Shown one piece after another: positions 51,981-64,000 of a DNA stretch of 64,000 nucleotides (the first letter of the stretch is position 1; every line of letters starts with the position of its first letter). The translations under genes and the position numbers were made by a program. Source of the stretch: Antedon mediterranea (lineage: Eukaryota; Animalia; Echinodermata); the NCBI RefSeq assembly GCF_964355755.1, contig NC_092672.1, positions 15,810,001 to 15,874,000 on the forward strand, given 5' to 3'. Below the pieces are notes generated by a model that searched no databases, was not told where the DNA came from, and saw only the letters and a program-made list of their open reading frames with translations.

Positions 51981-52849
51981 CGGCCAGTGCTTGCCCATGC
52001 TGGAATTGACAGGACCCACATTAGGCACTGATTTGTTGTAATTCTTTTTCTTATGAGCCCAACATCAGTCTTAACACTCATCAATACTTGTTCTACTGAA
52101 TTAAATCTGATATTATCCTGCCCAAAACTGTCACTTCTCGCCACATGAGCCTTCCAGAACCCTTTGGTAAACATCTGGATCGGTTTATGGTAAATTGAGC
52201 ATTGTTTTCAGGTACACATGAACATTTGGCATAACCAGACTAGAGTATGATCAGAAGCGAACAGTTTGGTGATGTAATCCCTAGTTTCTTGTTCGTTGAG
52301 GAAGTGTAATGCTTACTATATCCATGTACTAGTAGAGCTGTCTTGAATGTCATTTTTACTCGGGGTACCCAAGTCTAGGACTTACTCATTTTCTCCTCCT
52401 CCATCTGGACACCATTGAGTAAAAAGTGCGATTTATAAAGTACTACTCCTCCCTTATTCGTTGTAGTATTGAGCTGGGATTTGGCATAAATATAATACAG
52501 GGACATGTCCTCAAAGCTATAGAGCCGGATTTTTTAATTTCAAACCGGATGCAGCCATATGAAGTCTCGAAGATAGTACCATATAGCCGTATTTGGTAGC
52601 GAGGTTATTGATGTGTATGTGACGTTACATCCCGTCTTATGACTTCATTACAGCTTCTTTTGCTGTACCCTGAGTATTGCACATTCGTGCTTGTTTACCT
52701 TAGATCATTAAGACATTGACTCGTCTTTATGTTTTCTGTCAAGTCGGTGGTTTGATTATAAACTTTTGAAATGGTCTCAACATTTCAAAAGTAAAATTTT
52801 GTTTAATCCCTCAATTTTGGAAACTAGATTCTCGCAATTTAAGATAAGT

Positions 52850-53200
52850 TATATTAAAATACAATAAAATATGAAAAATACAATTAATTAAAAAGTGCTG
52901 TGCCTGATGGTACAGATGAACAGGAGTACAACCTTGCTGAAAGGTGATGTATTGTGGCGGAGCGGATGACTCGCATCTTTAGAAAAATCACCGAACGTCT
53001 TTTCAAGAAAATTAAAGAAGACAGACTCTGACTGCTGATCCTCACCAATCATCACCCTCGCTCTTCTTACAAGGCGATCAACCTTGCTCTTCTTACAAGG
53101 CGATCAACCTTACTCTTGTCCACTTGAGTAGCATTTTCACCCCAACCGACAATGCAATAATATGTCCATACACTACGTATAACAGAATTATAAAATCCTA
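52850..53200 (-). mobile_element. Rex1/L2-like LINE 3' remnant
   Basis: FYNSVIRSVWTYYCIVGWGENATQVDKSKVDRLVRRA. Confidence 0.55.
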
Positions 53201-54848
53201 GGAGAATTATTAAATACGACACCTCAAGGTATGTGAATATGAACGCGGTCAATAACATCAAGAACCTTGAAAATGTATGGAAACAAATAGTCTAATATAA
53301 ACCAGAAAACAGCATGAGATAATAGGATCAATATATGCATTCAGAGGCCATTCAAAGTATGCTATAGAATTATTATGCAAAAATAACAGTAATAAAACAA
53401 ATTGTAACATTTTTCAAATGAAAGCCCACGGGCCAATACCCCACTCTGCAACTTTAAAGCATTCAAATAGGCCGTTTAGAAGTAAAAATATGTCAAATTA
53501 TTGAATTTTGGCAGCCATTTTGGATTTATGCAAATTAGACGTCTTTCCCCTATTCGGATTTGTTGGGACTTTTAGTATAGTGTTCTGGGGACCTCAAAGA
53601 AATGCATTGCATTGAATAAAATTTTGTTGCAATTAGTTCCAAGTTTGGCTAAATTTTTAGGCTAAAATAACTGGACTATAGCATAAACAAGTACCTAGAT
53701 GTGTTGGTCACGAGATATCCTCTTTCTCGTCAGTGCTCACATGTTTTTACTCCAAATTCTGCTGATCGGTAATCTTACTTATATCGTTAAAAAGATTAAT
53801 GATCTTTAATTTAATTCATTTAATGTTCGATTCTATTTTTTAACTTATAGTTACAATTTACTATCACAATATAATAATCATAATGCAAAACCATAACAAA
53901 CTTTCGCAAATCGGTTACATCGACCATTTTGCAACATAAAACTTTCTCAAATTTAAAAAATAAAGTACAAGTAAATAACAGTATATTGTAAAAAAGATTG
54001 CGTTAATCCATTGTGGGTGCGACCTTCGTATATATCGAACGTCCAGTGGATCCAGAAACGATGCCGACAAAAAAGATCATAAAAATTTCATTCTAAATAT
54101 TGTATTAGAACGTTCAGTCCTATCCACGGCGTGCATGTTTTTTTACACTTCAAATTCTGGTCGGGCCTTTTTCTTTGAATGTCGTAATCTATAAATTATG
54201 GTTAATTCTGACATAGGCGAGCACAATGCAAAAACTTCGGTATAAATCTTTGCCTTGGATACCTACCTTATCTATCTTAGATGTACCGCGAAACGTAGAT
54301 TTGATAACATTAGTTTTCAGTTCGACGCTATTGCTCCATATTTCTATCTTAGGAAGATATTATAAAGGGTTTTATAAAAAAATTTTCTGATTTCAATCGG
54401 TAAATTTTAACTCTACGCGCGGTAGAAGTAATTTCCGGGTTCACGGTAAGGTGTTGGTTTCAACCAGGGAGTTGTAGCCATTTTGTTTTTTTTTTTATTT
54501 TCGGACCGCACGTGTGAAGGTATAGTAGTACATAAAGATCAAATTAAATACATTCATGAAACATAGGAGTAAATTGTGGGAAATAATTATTTTATTTATT
54601 TATTTGTTCTTTCTTTAAACTGAAATACACTTTCAATACAAATGTACTGATTTCCAAAGTGGTTCAGTAAACATATTTACAACAAAAATACAATATAAAA
54701 GAAAAACAAAAAGAAAGAAAACAGATATAAAACTATTTACAATTGTGAAGGCAAAAGGGTTAATACATATATGTTTTCTATAGTAAAGATTTAAAAGTTG
54801 CCAAAGACATATTATGGAGTTCTGATTTTATGTTAAAAAAAAGAATAT

Positions 54849-54892
54849 TGGCAGCGGTGGGATTGGAACCCACGCCATCGAAATGACTGGTG
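54849..54892 (-). pseudogene. 3' half duplicate of tRNA-Leu
   Basis: Copy of the 3' 44 nt plus the same downstream flank (aagaatat), 133 bp away from the full gene. Confidence 0.8.
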
Positions 54893-54981
54893 AATTTTCT
54901 TTTAATAATTGTTTCGGGTTTTCTCATAATTTTATCATTCATATTATTTGTACGTTATGATATGAGCCGGTAAAAGAATAT

Positions 54982-55063
54982 TGGCAGCGGTGGGATTCGA
55001 ACCCGCGCCAACGAAATGATTGGTGCCTAAAACCAGCGCCTTAGACCGCTCGGCCACGCTACC
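54982..55063 (-). tRNA. tRNA-Leu(TAG), possibly a variant or pseudogene
   Basis: GGTAGCGTGGCCGAGCGGTCTAAGGCGCTGGTTTTAGGCACCAATCATTTCGTTGGCGCGGGTTCGAATCCCACCGCTGCCA: 82 nt, long variable arm, A and B boxes, TTTT shortly downstream. One C-A mismatch each in the anticodon stem and the T stem. Confidence 0.85.
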
Positions 55064-56367
55064 TTAATTATAAATTACATTACATCGACACAATTGATGA
55101 TAAGAGCTTTTGTTTTGAAATTGAATGAAACCCCGATAGCCGAGTTGTTGAGTAAGCTGCCAGGACTTTATGTATACTGTGCGCTATCTGTGTCCTGTCA
55201 GGACCCTGGGATACTTCTGCCCATGTTGCAAGCCGTCTAAAACGTCTTCCTTCTTAGGCCACTGTGTCGTGGAATAATGTATTAATTATACCAATTAGGA
55301 TGGTATTTATTTGAATAAACGCCTGGAACCCCTCCCCAATAAACCATCAATTAAAATAATTATCTAATAAACGTCCATCCACATTTATACACACACAATA
55401 TTGTATTATATTTATAACACAATTATACTATTTTTAGTAGATTTCTTCGGACTGTTATCTACAATTTACCAAGTATTTGTTATTCTTTATTACCACTTTT
55501 CACAATAAACACTATACGCCTAAAACGCTATTAATCATCTAAGACACTTAGGTTAGTGAGTACGTTTAGTTTTACAAATATCAAAAGCATTTAAATAATG
55601 GTGACCGACCGAAATTGTCCAGGCCAGAATGTCCTTCTAAAACTGTTTAGGTCCCGAGTCATTATCATTCCGAGAACCATCGTCTACACTTCCTAGAGGG
55701 AGAGCGAGCGAAGCGAGCTCACCCTCTAGTAATATTAATAATTTAAAAGGCCTATGTTAAACCTTGACATGGAATATATATTTATTTTGCATATATTCTG
55801 TTGGTGTCCTAGCCTAGGTAGGTGTCTTTTTTATAATTCGCTAACCCAAGATAGGATTAAATAATTTATAGTGTAGGCCGCCGAAACTAGGCTAGCCTCA
55901 ATTCTGTGGATTTTAATTAGCGAACAATACATTGTTTGTGTGTATTGTCCATGCTTTCAAAGGCGATGACACATAGACATAATAATACAATTGGACTTTT
56001 AACGCTGACGCGCGTCTAACGACTAAATAATTACGGTGGGCGTTACAATACTAAATGCATAATTTAATTAGCTCTTTTACATATTTAAAAGCTATCAACG
56101 GTTTGTACGTTTGAAAACATTTGGACATGACGCCTTACTCAAAGACTAACTCAAGACTTTTTTTAGTACCTAGACATTCTGCATGTCAAGATTTCTTTTC
56201 ACAATGTGGGAAATTTCTATTTATATAGGACCATTTTTTCCATCGAGAATTCAACACGCAATAATCATTTTCAAGGTCAAATAGAATTGTTTACCTTACT
56301 GAAAAAAGGCACATTGTAAAATTTACAGGGTCCGGATCCCATGATCCACACCTCCGAGAGAACTTAC

Positions 56368-56471
56368 CTTTCAACTTGCATCTTTTTTTCAGCTATAAGA
56401 GCATGTAGCTGTTGCTGTTGTGCTTGTCGTTGTTTAGCTATAGACTTCAGAAGATTGCGTGAACCAATGGC
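56368..56471 (-). CDS. IFT20: IFT20 internal coding exon ([35 protein letters not shown])
   Basis: tttgcag acceptor and gtaag donor. Near-identical to IFT20 [35 protein letters not shown]. Phase 0 in, phase 2 out. Confidence 0.95.
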
Positions 56472-56733
56472 CTGCAAAAAATAAAATAATGTTTAGATTT
56501 TATGAGAAAATACTGTATGCATGATTGATAATGGTACATTTATTATCTTAATTAGTTAAGATTTACTTAAATGCAATAATTTAAAACACACAAAAGACCA
56601 TTTAAAGTAATAAAATATTCTTTCAATGACTATATATTATATATTATAATGTAGTTTATTTAGTTGATTTCTTCAGATAAATCCTAAAACTGTATTTAAA
56701 GAATGAAAAATATTTTTTAAACAGTACATGTAC

Positions 56734-56819
56734 CTTCATTTTTTCTTTCTCGACTTCATTTGCTAACCTATCCATCATTATAATAAATCCTCCAACAATT
56801 TTCTGAAATCCATCAATTT
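56734..56819 (-). CDS. IFT20: IFT20 internal coding exon (xIDGFQKIVGGFIIMMDRLANEVEKEKMK)
   Basis: AG acceptor at 56821-56820 and GT donor at 56733-56732. Translation matches the IFT20 segment [29 protein letters not shown]. The first coding exon was not found and is presumably beyond 64000. Confidence 0.93.
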
Positions 56820-56930
56820 CTGAATTGAGAAATAACAAACTGTTTATAAAACGAGAGCATCAATGTGAAGTGTATACATAATTTATTTTTTTTAACTTTA
56901 ATATATACCTATGAAAAATAATAACAATAA

Positions 56931-57160
56931 TCTGCATATCAAGCAGAAGGTTCTGGGTTTGAATCTAGTTTGGAGTGACTTTTTCTCATTCTCACAGATT
57001 TCCTCATCTTATCGTTTCAAAATAAATTAATACATTTTCAATATCACCATGCGGTTTAGAATTTGTTCTGTGCCTTTGCTGTTTATATAAAAAAAGTATC
57101 TCTTCAGAGATACTTTTTTATCAATTTGATATCTGGTGCGCGTACGTACAATTGAGGGAC
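56931..57160 (+). repeat. Dispersed diverged copy of the tRNA-like 365-bp unit (no PLE)
   Basis: tctgcatatcaagcagaagg...actttttctcattctcacagatttcctcatc...gtttatataaaaaaagtatctcttc is colinear with the array unit. Confidence 0.8.
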
Positions 57161-58624
57161 ACCGAGAGTGAAAATAAAAGACGGTAAAAAAAATTTTGCT
57201 GTGTGAATTAGATGACGCCCACAAACACTTACGAAAGTATAAAATGCCAAACTATATTATTTGGGTTTTTTTTCCGTGTTGTATTAATTATTTAATACAT
57301 AGGCCTACAGATAAAATAAAAAAGTTTAACATAAATCGATATGATTGGTTTATAAATTTAGCAGACCTAGTCTAAAACATCCTTTATCTAACCACAGGAA
57401 ATCGCAAACATATATTATGACAGTATAATATATTACCAAAACAAATCTGATAAGATATAAGAATTTAAGGCACAACTAGAGTATGGGCCTATTTCTATTG
57501 AGCAGAGAATACAGTTTTGAATACCATTATTTTCAAGAACGTTTTTTTCTGGCCAGCAGAAATAGGTCTCCACAAAAAACCACAAAAAGAACCAATCTTA
57601 AACTAAAAGACGGTTTGAAAAAACCCCAATTAATTCCGGTCTCGATCGCAAAGAACCATTTTTAGCTTCAACACAATCGTGGTCTCAATTTGACCCCAAA
57701 AACTTAACTCTGCTGAACTGGGACGATTGTGGTCAACTCGCAGTCAAAACTGTGAGAATATTTGATAGTCATTTTTATTTCTATTTTACTAGTCTAGTGG
57801 TGAGTACTAAAAATACAAAATGTAGACCTATGCAATTACGAGGTTCATAATAATCTCTGGGGAGAGGAAAAGATGAGGGGGAGGCTAGCTGGGAGTCAGA
57901 AAGACTCACAGGTTTATAAAAATATTGTAAAGCTTGTAAAAGAGGAGTTTGACTTATAGTCAGGTAGCTTAGGTCCTATTTTTGGCCATTTTGTGCACTT
58001 TGTGAAAAAAGCACCAAACTTGGCAGAAACCTTCTTTAGAACCTAACTAACAATTCTAGAAGGGGTGCCCAAAAATTCCAACAATTTAATGACGTCATTT
58101 TGACCACGCTCATTTTTAATATATTATGTAGCTATAACAAATATTTAAAAAATATAAATTACATAAATATGTCAAGTTTAGTATCAAATTATAGCTTATG
58201 ACATGTACAATACCACTAACATGAGAAAAATATAATTTCACAATATAATGACGTCATTAAAGTCACACCCATTATATATTACGTATTTTGTAGTATGTAG
58301 CTATGTTAAAATATTTAAAAAATAATAAATTACATAGATATGTAAAGTTTGGTATCAAATTATAGCTCATGACATGTACAATACCACTAACACGAGAAAA
58401 ATATAATTTACAATATGATGACGTCGGGAAAATTTAAGAAATAAAATTAATATGGCATGTTTGGTATTAAATTAAAGCTTATGACATGTACAAAACCACG
58501 GAACTATATAACATATAATTTGAACAATATAATGCTGCCATTGCTTAAGCCACACCCATTATATAAATATATTACATAACTTTGCAAAAAATGAAACGGC
58601 AGTATGCGTAACTGAGCTAATGAT

Positions 58625-59974
58625 AGATGACAAATTTCGTTTTTGTAAAAGCACAAGTTAACGGAGTACTTACTCGAACGTTTCGATCTCTATCAGAGAT
58701 CCTTCTCAACTGACTGCGGAGTGTTAATGCAGCTTGGTCATTCTTGACGTCATCTGTTGATGACGTTGTACGCCTCCGGTTGTAGGTTGGAGGTTGTGCG
58801 GGGCTCGGCCAGGTGATGTGTCTATCAAATCATTGTACAAATGCGAGAGTTCGTGGGCTCCAGTGTCCCGGTTCATGGTCTTCTCTTTATTTCTCCTTAT
58901 ATGTAATGATTCTCTAATCTGTCTGTCTTTGCGTTTAGGCTCTTTGGTTAAGATGGTAGCCTCCCAGTTCGGTACATGATTGTGTTTTATGACATGTTCT
59001 GTAATGGCAGATTTGTGTATGATCGAAGATGTGGATGTTCTGGAGGCCCTAGTCATTACTCCCCCCGTGTTTGTTGTAACATCTTTTTTGTGATCATTAA
59101 TTCGTGTTTGTAATGCCCTCCCTGTTTCCCCAATATAAACTTGTGGACAGTTGCGGCAGGTGACTTCGTAGATTACTCCACATGTATCCATCTTCTCGAT
59201 TTTATCTTTTGGGTGGACGAGGCTATTCTTGATTTTATTTTGGGGTAGGAAATAGGTTCCGACATTGTGATAGGAGAGAGTGCGTCGTATTCTTTCTGCC
59301 ATTCCTTTTACATAGGGGATTCCTATGCTACCTCGCATCTTGATCTTTTCCTTCTGTGGTTCGTGTCCTTTGTTCTTTTTCCTTTTTCGGTTTTCCATAA
59401 CTCTCTGGAAGGACCACTCTGGATACTGGCAGTTGTGTAACGCTTTCTTGATGTTATCCATCTCAACTTTCCTCAAATCCATATCTCCCACTACCTTCTC
59501 AGCTCTGTCCACAAGCGTGTTTATAAGCCCCAGTTTGTGTTCGAGTGGATGATGTGAGTTGAAATGTAAATATTGGTCTGTGTGAGTGGGCTTCCGATAG
59601 ACTGAGGTGGTAACTGTTCCATTGTCATTGAGTGTGATGAGCATGTCCAGGAAAGGTATTGTGTTGGAGTGTGATGAGCATGTCCAGGAAAGGTATTGTG
59701 TTGTTTGTCATCGATTCTGTGGTGAACTTGATATTGTCAGTTATATCAAGGTTATTAAGATGTGTGTTAAATGTATGTACTGTACCTGTGCGTCATGCAT
59801 CAACAGATGACGTCAAGAATGACCAAGCTGCATTAACACTCCGCAGTCAGTTGAGAAGGATCTCTGATAGAGATCGAAACGTTCGAGTAAGTACTCCGTT
59901 AACTTGTGCTTTTACAAAAACGAAATTTGTCATCTATACAAAATCGAAGCTAAATGAAATTCTTTCAAGATTTA
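58625..59974 (-). mobile_element. 5'-truncated Penelope-like element with inverted terminal segment and 12-bp TSD
   Basis: ORF 58724-59644 (RT thumb VYRKPTHTDQYL; GIY-YIG GVIYEVTC..C..VYIGETGR), extendable upstream to about 59790 across a ~37-bp duplication. About 58625-58762 is inverted at about 59798-59937. TSD TGAGCTAATGAT at 58613-58624 and 59975-59986. Confidence 0.92.
59845..59890 (+). ncRNA. Variant hammerhead-like motif (U3-A8 core); inverted copy at about 58671-58716
   Basis: TTGAGAA-G-GATCTCT[gat]AGAGATC-GAAA-CG-TT: 7-bp stem II and palindromic AACGTT; stem I is weak. Confidence 0.5.
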
Positions 59975-62900
59975 TGAGCTAATGATTACGTAATCGTTGT
60001 TGAACGTATGCTCACCTGGGTTGATTTGCATAAATGCCATGCAACGTTTTAATAGAAATCTCTTGGCTAGTGTGGCCAGTTAAGACGATTCCAGCGTAGT
60101 TTTAATACGATTGTGTTATATTATTGTACTGTATTGAGAAGTTACACTACTATATTGAGAAGTTATACAATACATTATCTCGATTGTGGCATGATTAAAA
60201 GCCTTCCGTGTTCTTTCTTACATATTATCTCAACTCAAATAAGTGCCAGTGAGGTCGCAGTTACAATAAACATGTCAAGTTTGGTATCAAATTAAAACTT
60301 ATGACATATATAACAACACAAGCATGTCAAATACATTTTGAACAATGTAATTATATCATTTAAGCCAGAACAATAATAATATACTCAGGTATTAAATAAG
60401 TTAGTAAACAATCTTAAAAGTAATACATATTGATATGTGGCATCAGATTAAAGCTTATGATTATATAATTTGCATGAGTGTATAGGAAAACACTGAAAAC
60501 AATATAATGATGTCATTGCAATCACACCCATTTTTATGTAACTATGTAGAATTTTTTGTATTTTCACCGAATCATAAAATTATGTTGATGTATATACTGT
60601 ATATGGTATATAAATAAAGCGCATGTACATTAGCCTGGATCTACGTTTTTGTTATACATCTAGAATCATGAGATATTTGTAATGACACCTGGACCAGTTT
60701 TTAGATGCATTCAAAATACATCTCTCTAATCCACTTAGTTATGTTGGTTTGTCAGTTTACATGGTAAAGATTTGTTTTTAATTTGACTGCATGAATGGAT
60801 TTGTTATACCATTTTTGTTTATTAACCTATAGGCTGCTCTTCTTCAACATTCGAACAGATCAATATATCAAGCAAGCATTGGACCACCAGTTTAACACCA
60901 ATGATGATATTATTATTTTATTATAAATGCAGTATATGTACCTTCACCCAAAGGTTTTGGTTAGACTGTAATTTACAGTAGTCCTATGTGGAGGCTAGTC
61001 TGGATACCTGAAGCATCCGAAGTGTAGAGAATGTAAAAAGCTGCAACTTTGCTAAAGTGAACAACTGCAAGTTCCGATCAGCAGAACTTTCTTGCACAGG
61101 TCTTTGCTATCCATGCCGCTGTACTTGTATGACATCTAAGCTACACAAGTAGTATAAGTGTCATTACAAATATGTCATGATTCTAGATGCATAACAAAAA
61201 TGTAGATCCAGGCTATTAATGTACTTGCGCTTTACTTATACACCAAATATACATCAACATAATTTTATGTTTGGTGAAAATACAAAAAATTCTACATATA
61301 GTTAAATAAAAATGGGTGTGATTGCAATGACATCATTATATTGTTTTCAGTGTTTTCCTATACACTCGTGCAATTTATATAATCATAAGCTTCAATTTGA
61401 TGCCACATATCAATATGTATGACTTTTCAGATTGTTTACTAACTTATTTAATACCAGAGTATATATTGTTGTGGCTTAAATGATGTCATTACATTGTTCA
61501 AAATGTATTTGACATAATTATGCTTGTGTTGTTACACATGTCATAAGTTTTAATTTGATTCCAAACTCGACATGTTTATTGTAACTGCGGCCTCACTGGC
61601 ACTTATTTGAGTTGATATAATATGTAAGAAAGAACACGGAAGGCTTTTAATCATGCCAAAATCGAGATAATGTATTGTATAACTTCTCAATATAGTAGTG
61701 TAACTTCTCAATACAGTACAATAATACAACACAATCGTATTAAAACTACGCTAGAATCGTCTCAACTAGCCAGGAGATTTCTATTAAAACGATTACGTAA
61801 TCATTAGATCAGTTACGCATACTGCCGTTTCATTTTTCACAAAGTTATGTAATATATTTATATAATGGGTGTGGCTTAAGCAATGGCATCATTATATTGT
61901 TCAAATTATATTTGATATAGTTCCGTGGTTTTGTACATAGCCTTTAATTACCAAACATGCCATATTAATTTGATTTTTAAAATTTTTCCAAGTTATGTAA
62001 TGGGTGTGGCTTTGATGACGTCATTATATTGTGAATTATAGTTTTCTTATGGTAGTGGTATTTTACATGTCAATAATAAGCTTTAATTTGATACCAAACT
62101 TGCCATATTTATTTATTTCAGTAATTTTGTCATGAAGTTATGTAATATATAATGGGTGTGGCTTTGATGACGTCATTATAGTGTGAAATTATATTTTTCT
62201 CATGTTAGTGGTATTGTACATGTCATAAGCTATAATTTGATACCAAACTTCACATGTTTATGTAATTTATATTTTTAAAATATTTTTATAGCTCTACACT
62301 ACAAAATACATATATAATGGGTGTGGCTTTGATGACGTCATTATATTGTAAATTATATTTTTCTCATGTTAGTGGTATTGTACATGCCATAAGCTATAAT
62401 TTGATACCAAACTTCACATGTTTATGTAATTTAAATTTTTTAAATATTTTTATAGCTCTACTGTACATACTACAAAATAGGTAATGTATAATGGGTGTGG
62501 CTTTGATGACGTCATTATATTGTGAAATTATATTTTTCTTGTGTTAGTGGTATTGTACATGTCATAAGCTATGATTTGATACCAAACTTGAAATATTTAT
62601 GTAATTTATATTTTTTAAATATTTTTACATAGCTACATAATATATTAAAAATAGGCGTGGTCAAAATGACGTCATTAAATTGTTTGAATTTTTGGGCACC
62701 CCTTCTAGAATTGTGAGTTGTTAAAGAAGGTTTCTGCCAAGTTTGGTGCTTTTGTCACAAAGTAAACAAAAAAAAGTGCTAAGCGACCCTACTATTAACA
62801 ATATCGGCTACTCAAGTGACAAGCAAATTGAAAAGAGTGTGACGTACCTAAACTCAACCAATGACCACAATGGCAGGTGAGGTAATGACAGGATTACCTG

Positions 62901-63459
62901 CCCCTTCTATGATGAACTAGATGTCATGGAAGCAGGTAGACCAGTGGTAGCAACAAATGATGATGATTTTTTTTCTAAATTATCGTCAAAACATCGTAAG
63001 CGACGATAAACAAAATGGCTGTGCTCTGACCACATTAAATTTTTAGAGAAATTTGTATTAATACACCCCTATTCATTAAGCGCTGTGTGGGACCATGCCA
63101 CTGCTGTCGCTCATGCGGTCACAAGTTTCCAATACAAAATAACGCCCAGAGCCATAATATCTAAAGAGTGAAAACTTTGGATTAAAGTCACGCGATATGT
63201 TTAGTATATATTGGGTAGGTTATAATCGTAGCAAACAGCTTTATCTTTCCAACTACATAATACTAATTCGGTACACAGCCTCAAGTTTCACGGAGACAAA
63301 CAAACTCAATACACGAGTTGAGGTTCAGTCATTTTCAACGATATGATATGACATGCTGGTAACATTTTAACTCTGATAACACGTTTACAAACGCAGACTC
63401 TGTTTCAGTTCAACGAATGATTTGATTGTAACACTGACAATTAACAAAAGTGGTGAATT

Positions 63460-63940
63460 TCCACCCCAACCCCTTTTTTTTAAATTAACAAATTAACGCA
63501 TCTTACTCAGTCTCAACCATGTGGTCTGGGTGTACTATCTTTTCTACATCACCTATTTTTACTACATACTTTCTTGGACCTAGTGCTTTTACAATGGTAC
63601 CTTTTAACCATTTGTTTTCTTAACAAGTTGATCTGACAGTTTGGTTTACATTGAATTGCCTTTCCGTATTTACTTTATTATCTTTGTAAAAGATTTGTTT
63701 TGCTTGTTTTTCTTCTACGTACTGAGCAATATTTGGACTAACCAATGACAATCTTGTTCTTAATTTAAGTTTTAGAAACAATTCCGCTGGAGTAAGTTCA
63801 GTGGTATTATGGGCAGTAGTTCTATATCTTAACAGAAAACTAGCTAATCTGTGTTTCATTTACATGTTAGAATTACCATCAAGAACTTGCTTAGTCAAGC
63901 CTTCTTTTACTGTTCTTAAAGCTCGTTCTGCTGCGCCATT
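63460..63940 (-). mobile_element. Gypsy LTR-retrotransposon integrase 3' fragment with polypurine tract
   Basis: NGAAERALRTVK..FLLRYRTTAH.TT..TPAELFL..LRTRL..KWLKGTIVKALGPRKY; purine-rich AAAAAAAGGGGTTGGGG downstream. Confidence 0.85.
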
Positions 63941-64000
63941 AAAGGCCTGTTTATACTACGACGATAACTATAACTATATATTGTACACGATAATAGTTTT

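Larger units (their letters stand above)
41751..53678 (-). mobile_element. Decayed autonomous Academ-like DNA transposon, expanded by nested insertions
   Basis: TIRs of about 200 bp beginning TAGTCCAGT and ending ACTGGACTA; flanks TAT/TAG. Minus-strand transposase remnants HVARSDSF...VEQVLMSVKTDVGL...QCLMWVLSIPA (about 51990-52170) and Cys-rich C-terminus LLNVIYCDRKTQC..YRHHGLFC (about 48300-48355 and 49620-49820). Confidence 0.75.
54271..55729 (+). mobile_element. Probable non-autonomous Helitron (5' boundary tentative) spanning the tRNA-Leu copies
   Basis: 3' end CTAGAGGGAGAGCGAGCGAAGCGAGCTCACCCTCTAG|T has the same GCGAGCGAAGCGAGC loop as the 45894 element. Candidate 5' A|TCTAT at 54271 or 54188. 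Confidence 0.5.
57957..62794. mobile_element. Non-autonomous Academ-like foldback element hosting the Penelope insertion
   Basis: TAGT...ACTA termini; TSD TTA; inverted arms over 1.3 kb with ~170-bp subrepeats. Central remnant at about 60830-61110(+): ALLQHSNRSIYQASI..PSPKGFG..VWIPEAS..SAELSCTGLC. Confidence 0.82.
57485..62950 (+). mobile_element. Second copy of the 4052-4901 Harbinger family, interrupted by Academ; right end not located
   Basis: 57485-57956 is colinear with 4052-4567; resumes at 62795 with NDHNG..GNDRITCPFYDELDV. Confidence 0.72.

Noticed and set aside
56656-56838. 60-aa ORF as a standalone gene
   Set aside because: It is the IFT20 exon read through into intron sequence.
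56820-64000. Search for the first coding exon of IFT20 (LHFDELNKLRVLDP)
   Set aside because: Not found by eye; presumed outside the window.

Overview
AT-rich, repeat-saturated animal genomic DNA; by inference a marine invertebrate deuterostome such as an echinoderm. Two host protein genes lie on the minus strand. One is three coding exons of IFT20 (56734-56819, 56368-56471, 28573-28654), whose last intron has grown to about 27.7 kb through nested transposons. The other is an intronless 451-aa three-Ig-domain transmembrane receptor with a tyrosine-rich, ITIM-bearing tail (11226-12581). There is also a tRNA-Leu(TAG) gene plus a half copy. The rest is mobile DNA: self-nesting Helentron/HINE-like arrays, Helitrons, three Academ-like TAG...CTA elements (one a decayed autonomous copy), Harbinger derivatives with Myb/SANT remnants, hAT/MULE-like MITEs, Rex1/Babar-like and L2 LINEs, two Penelope-like elements (PLEs) with hammerhead ribozyme motifs, a SINE and a Gypsy fragment. 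The most unusual part is 16.5-21.8 kb. There a 365-bp tandem array encodes a complete 72-nt cloverleaf with the normally avoided Asp anticodon ATC and a Pol III terminator. It is bracketed by hammerhead-bearing Penelope pseudo-LTRs, and the same juxtaposition recurs independently at 14.2 kb. All calls were made by eye; no database searches were run.
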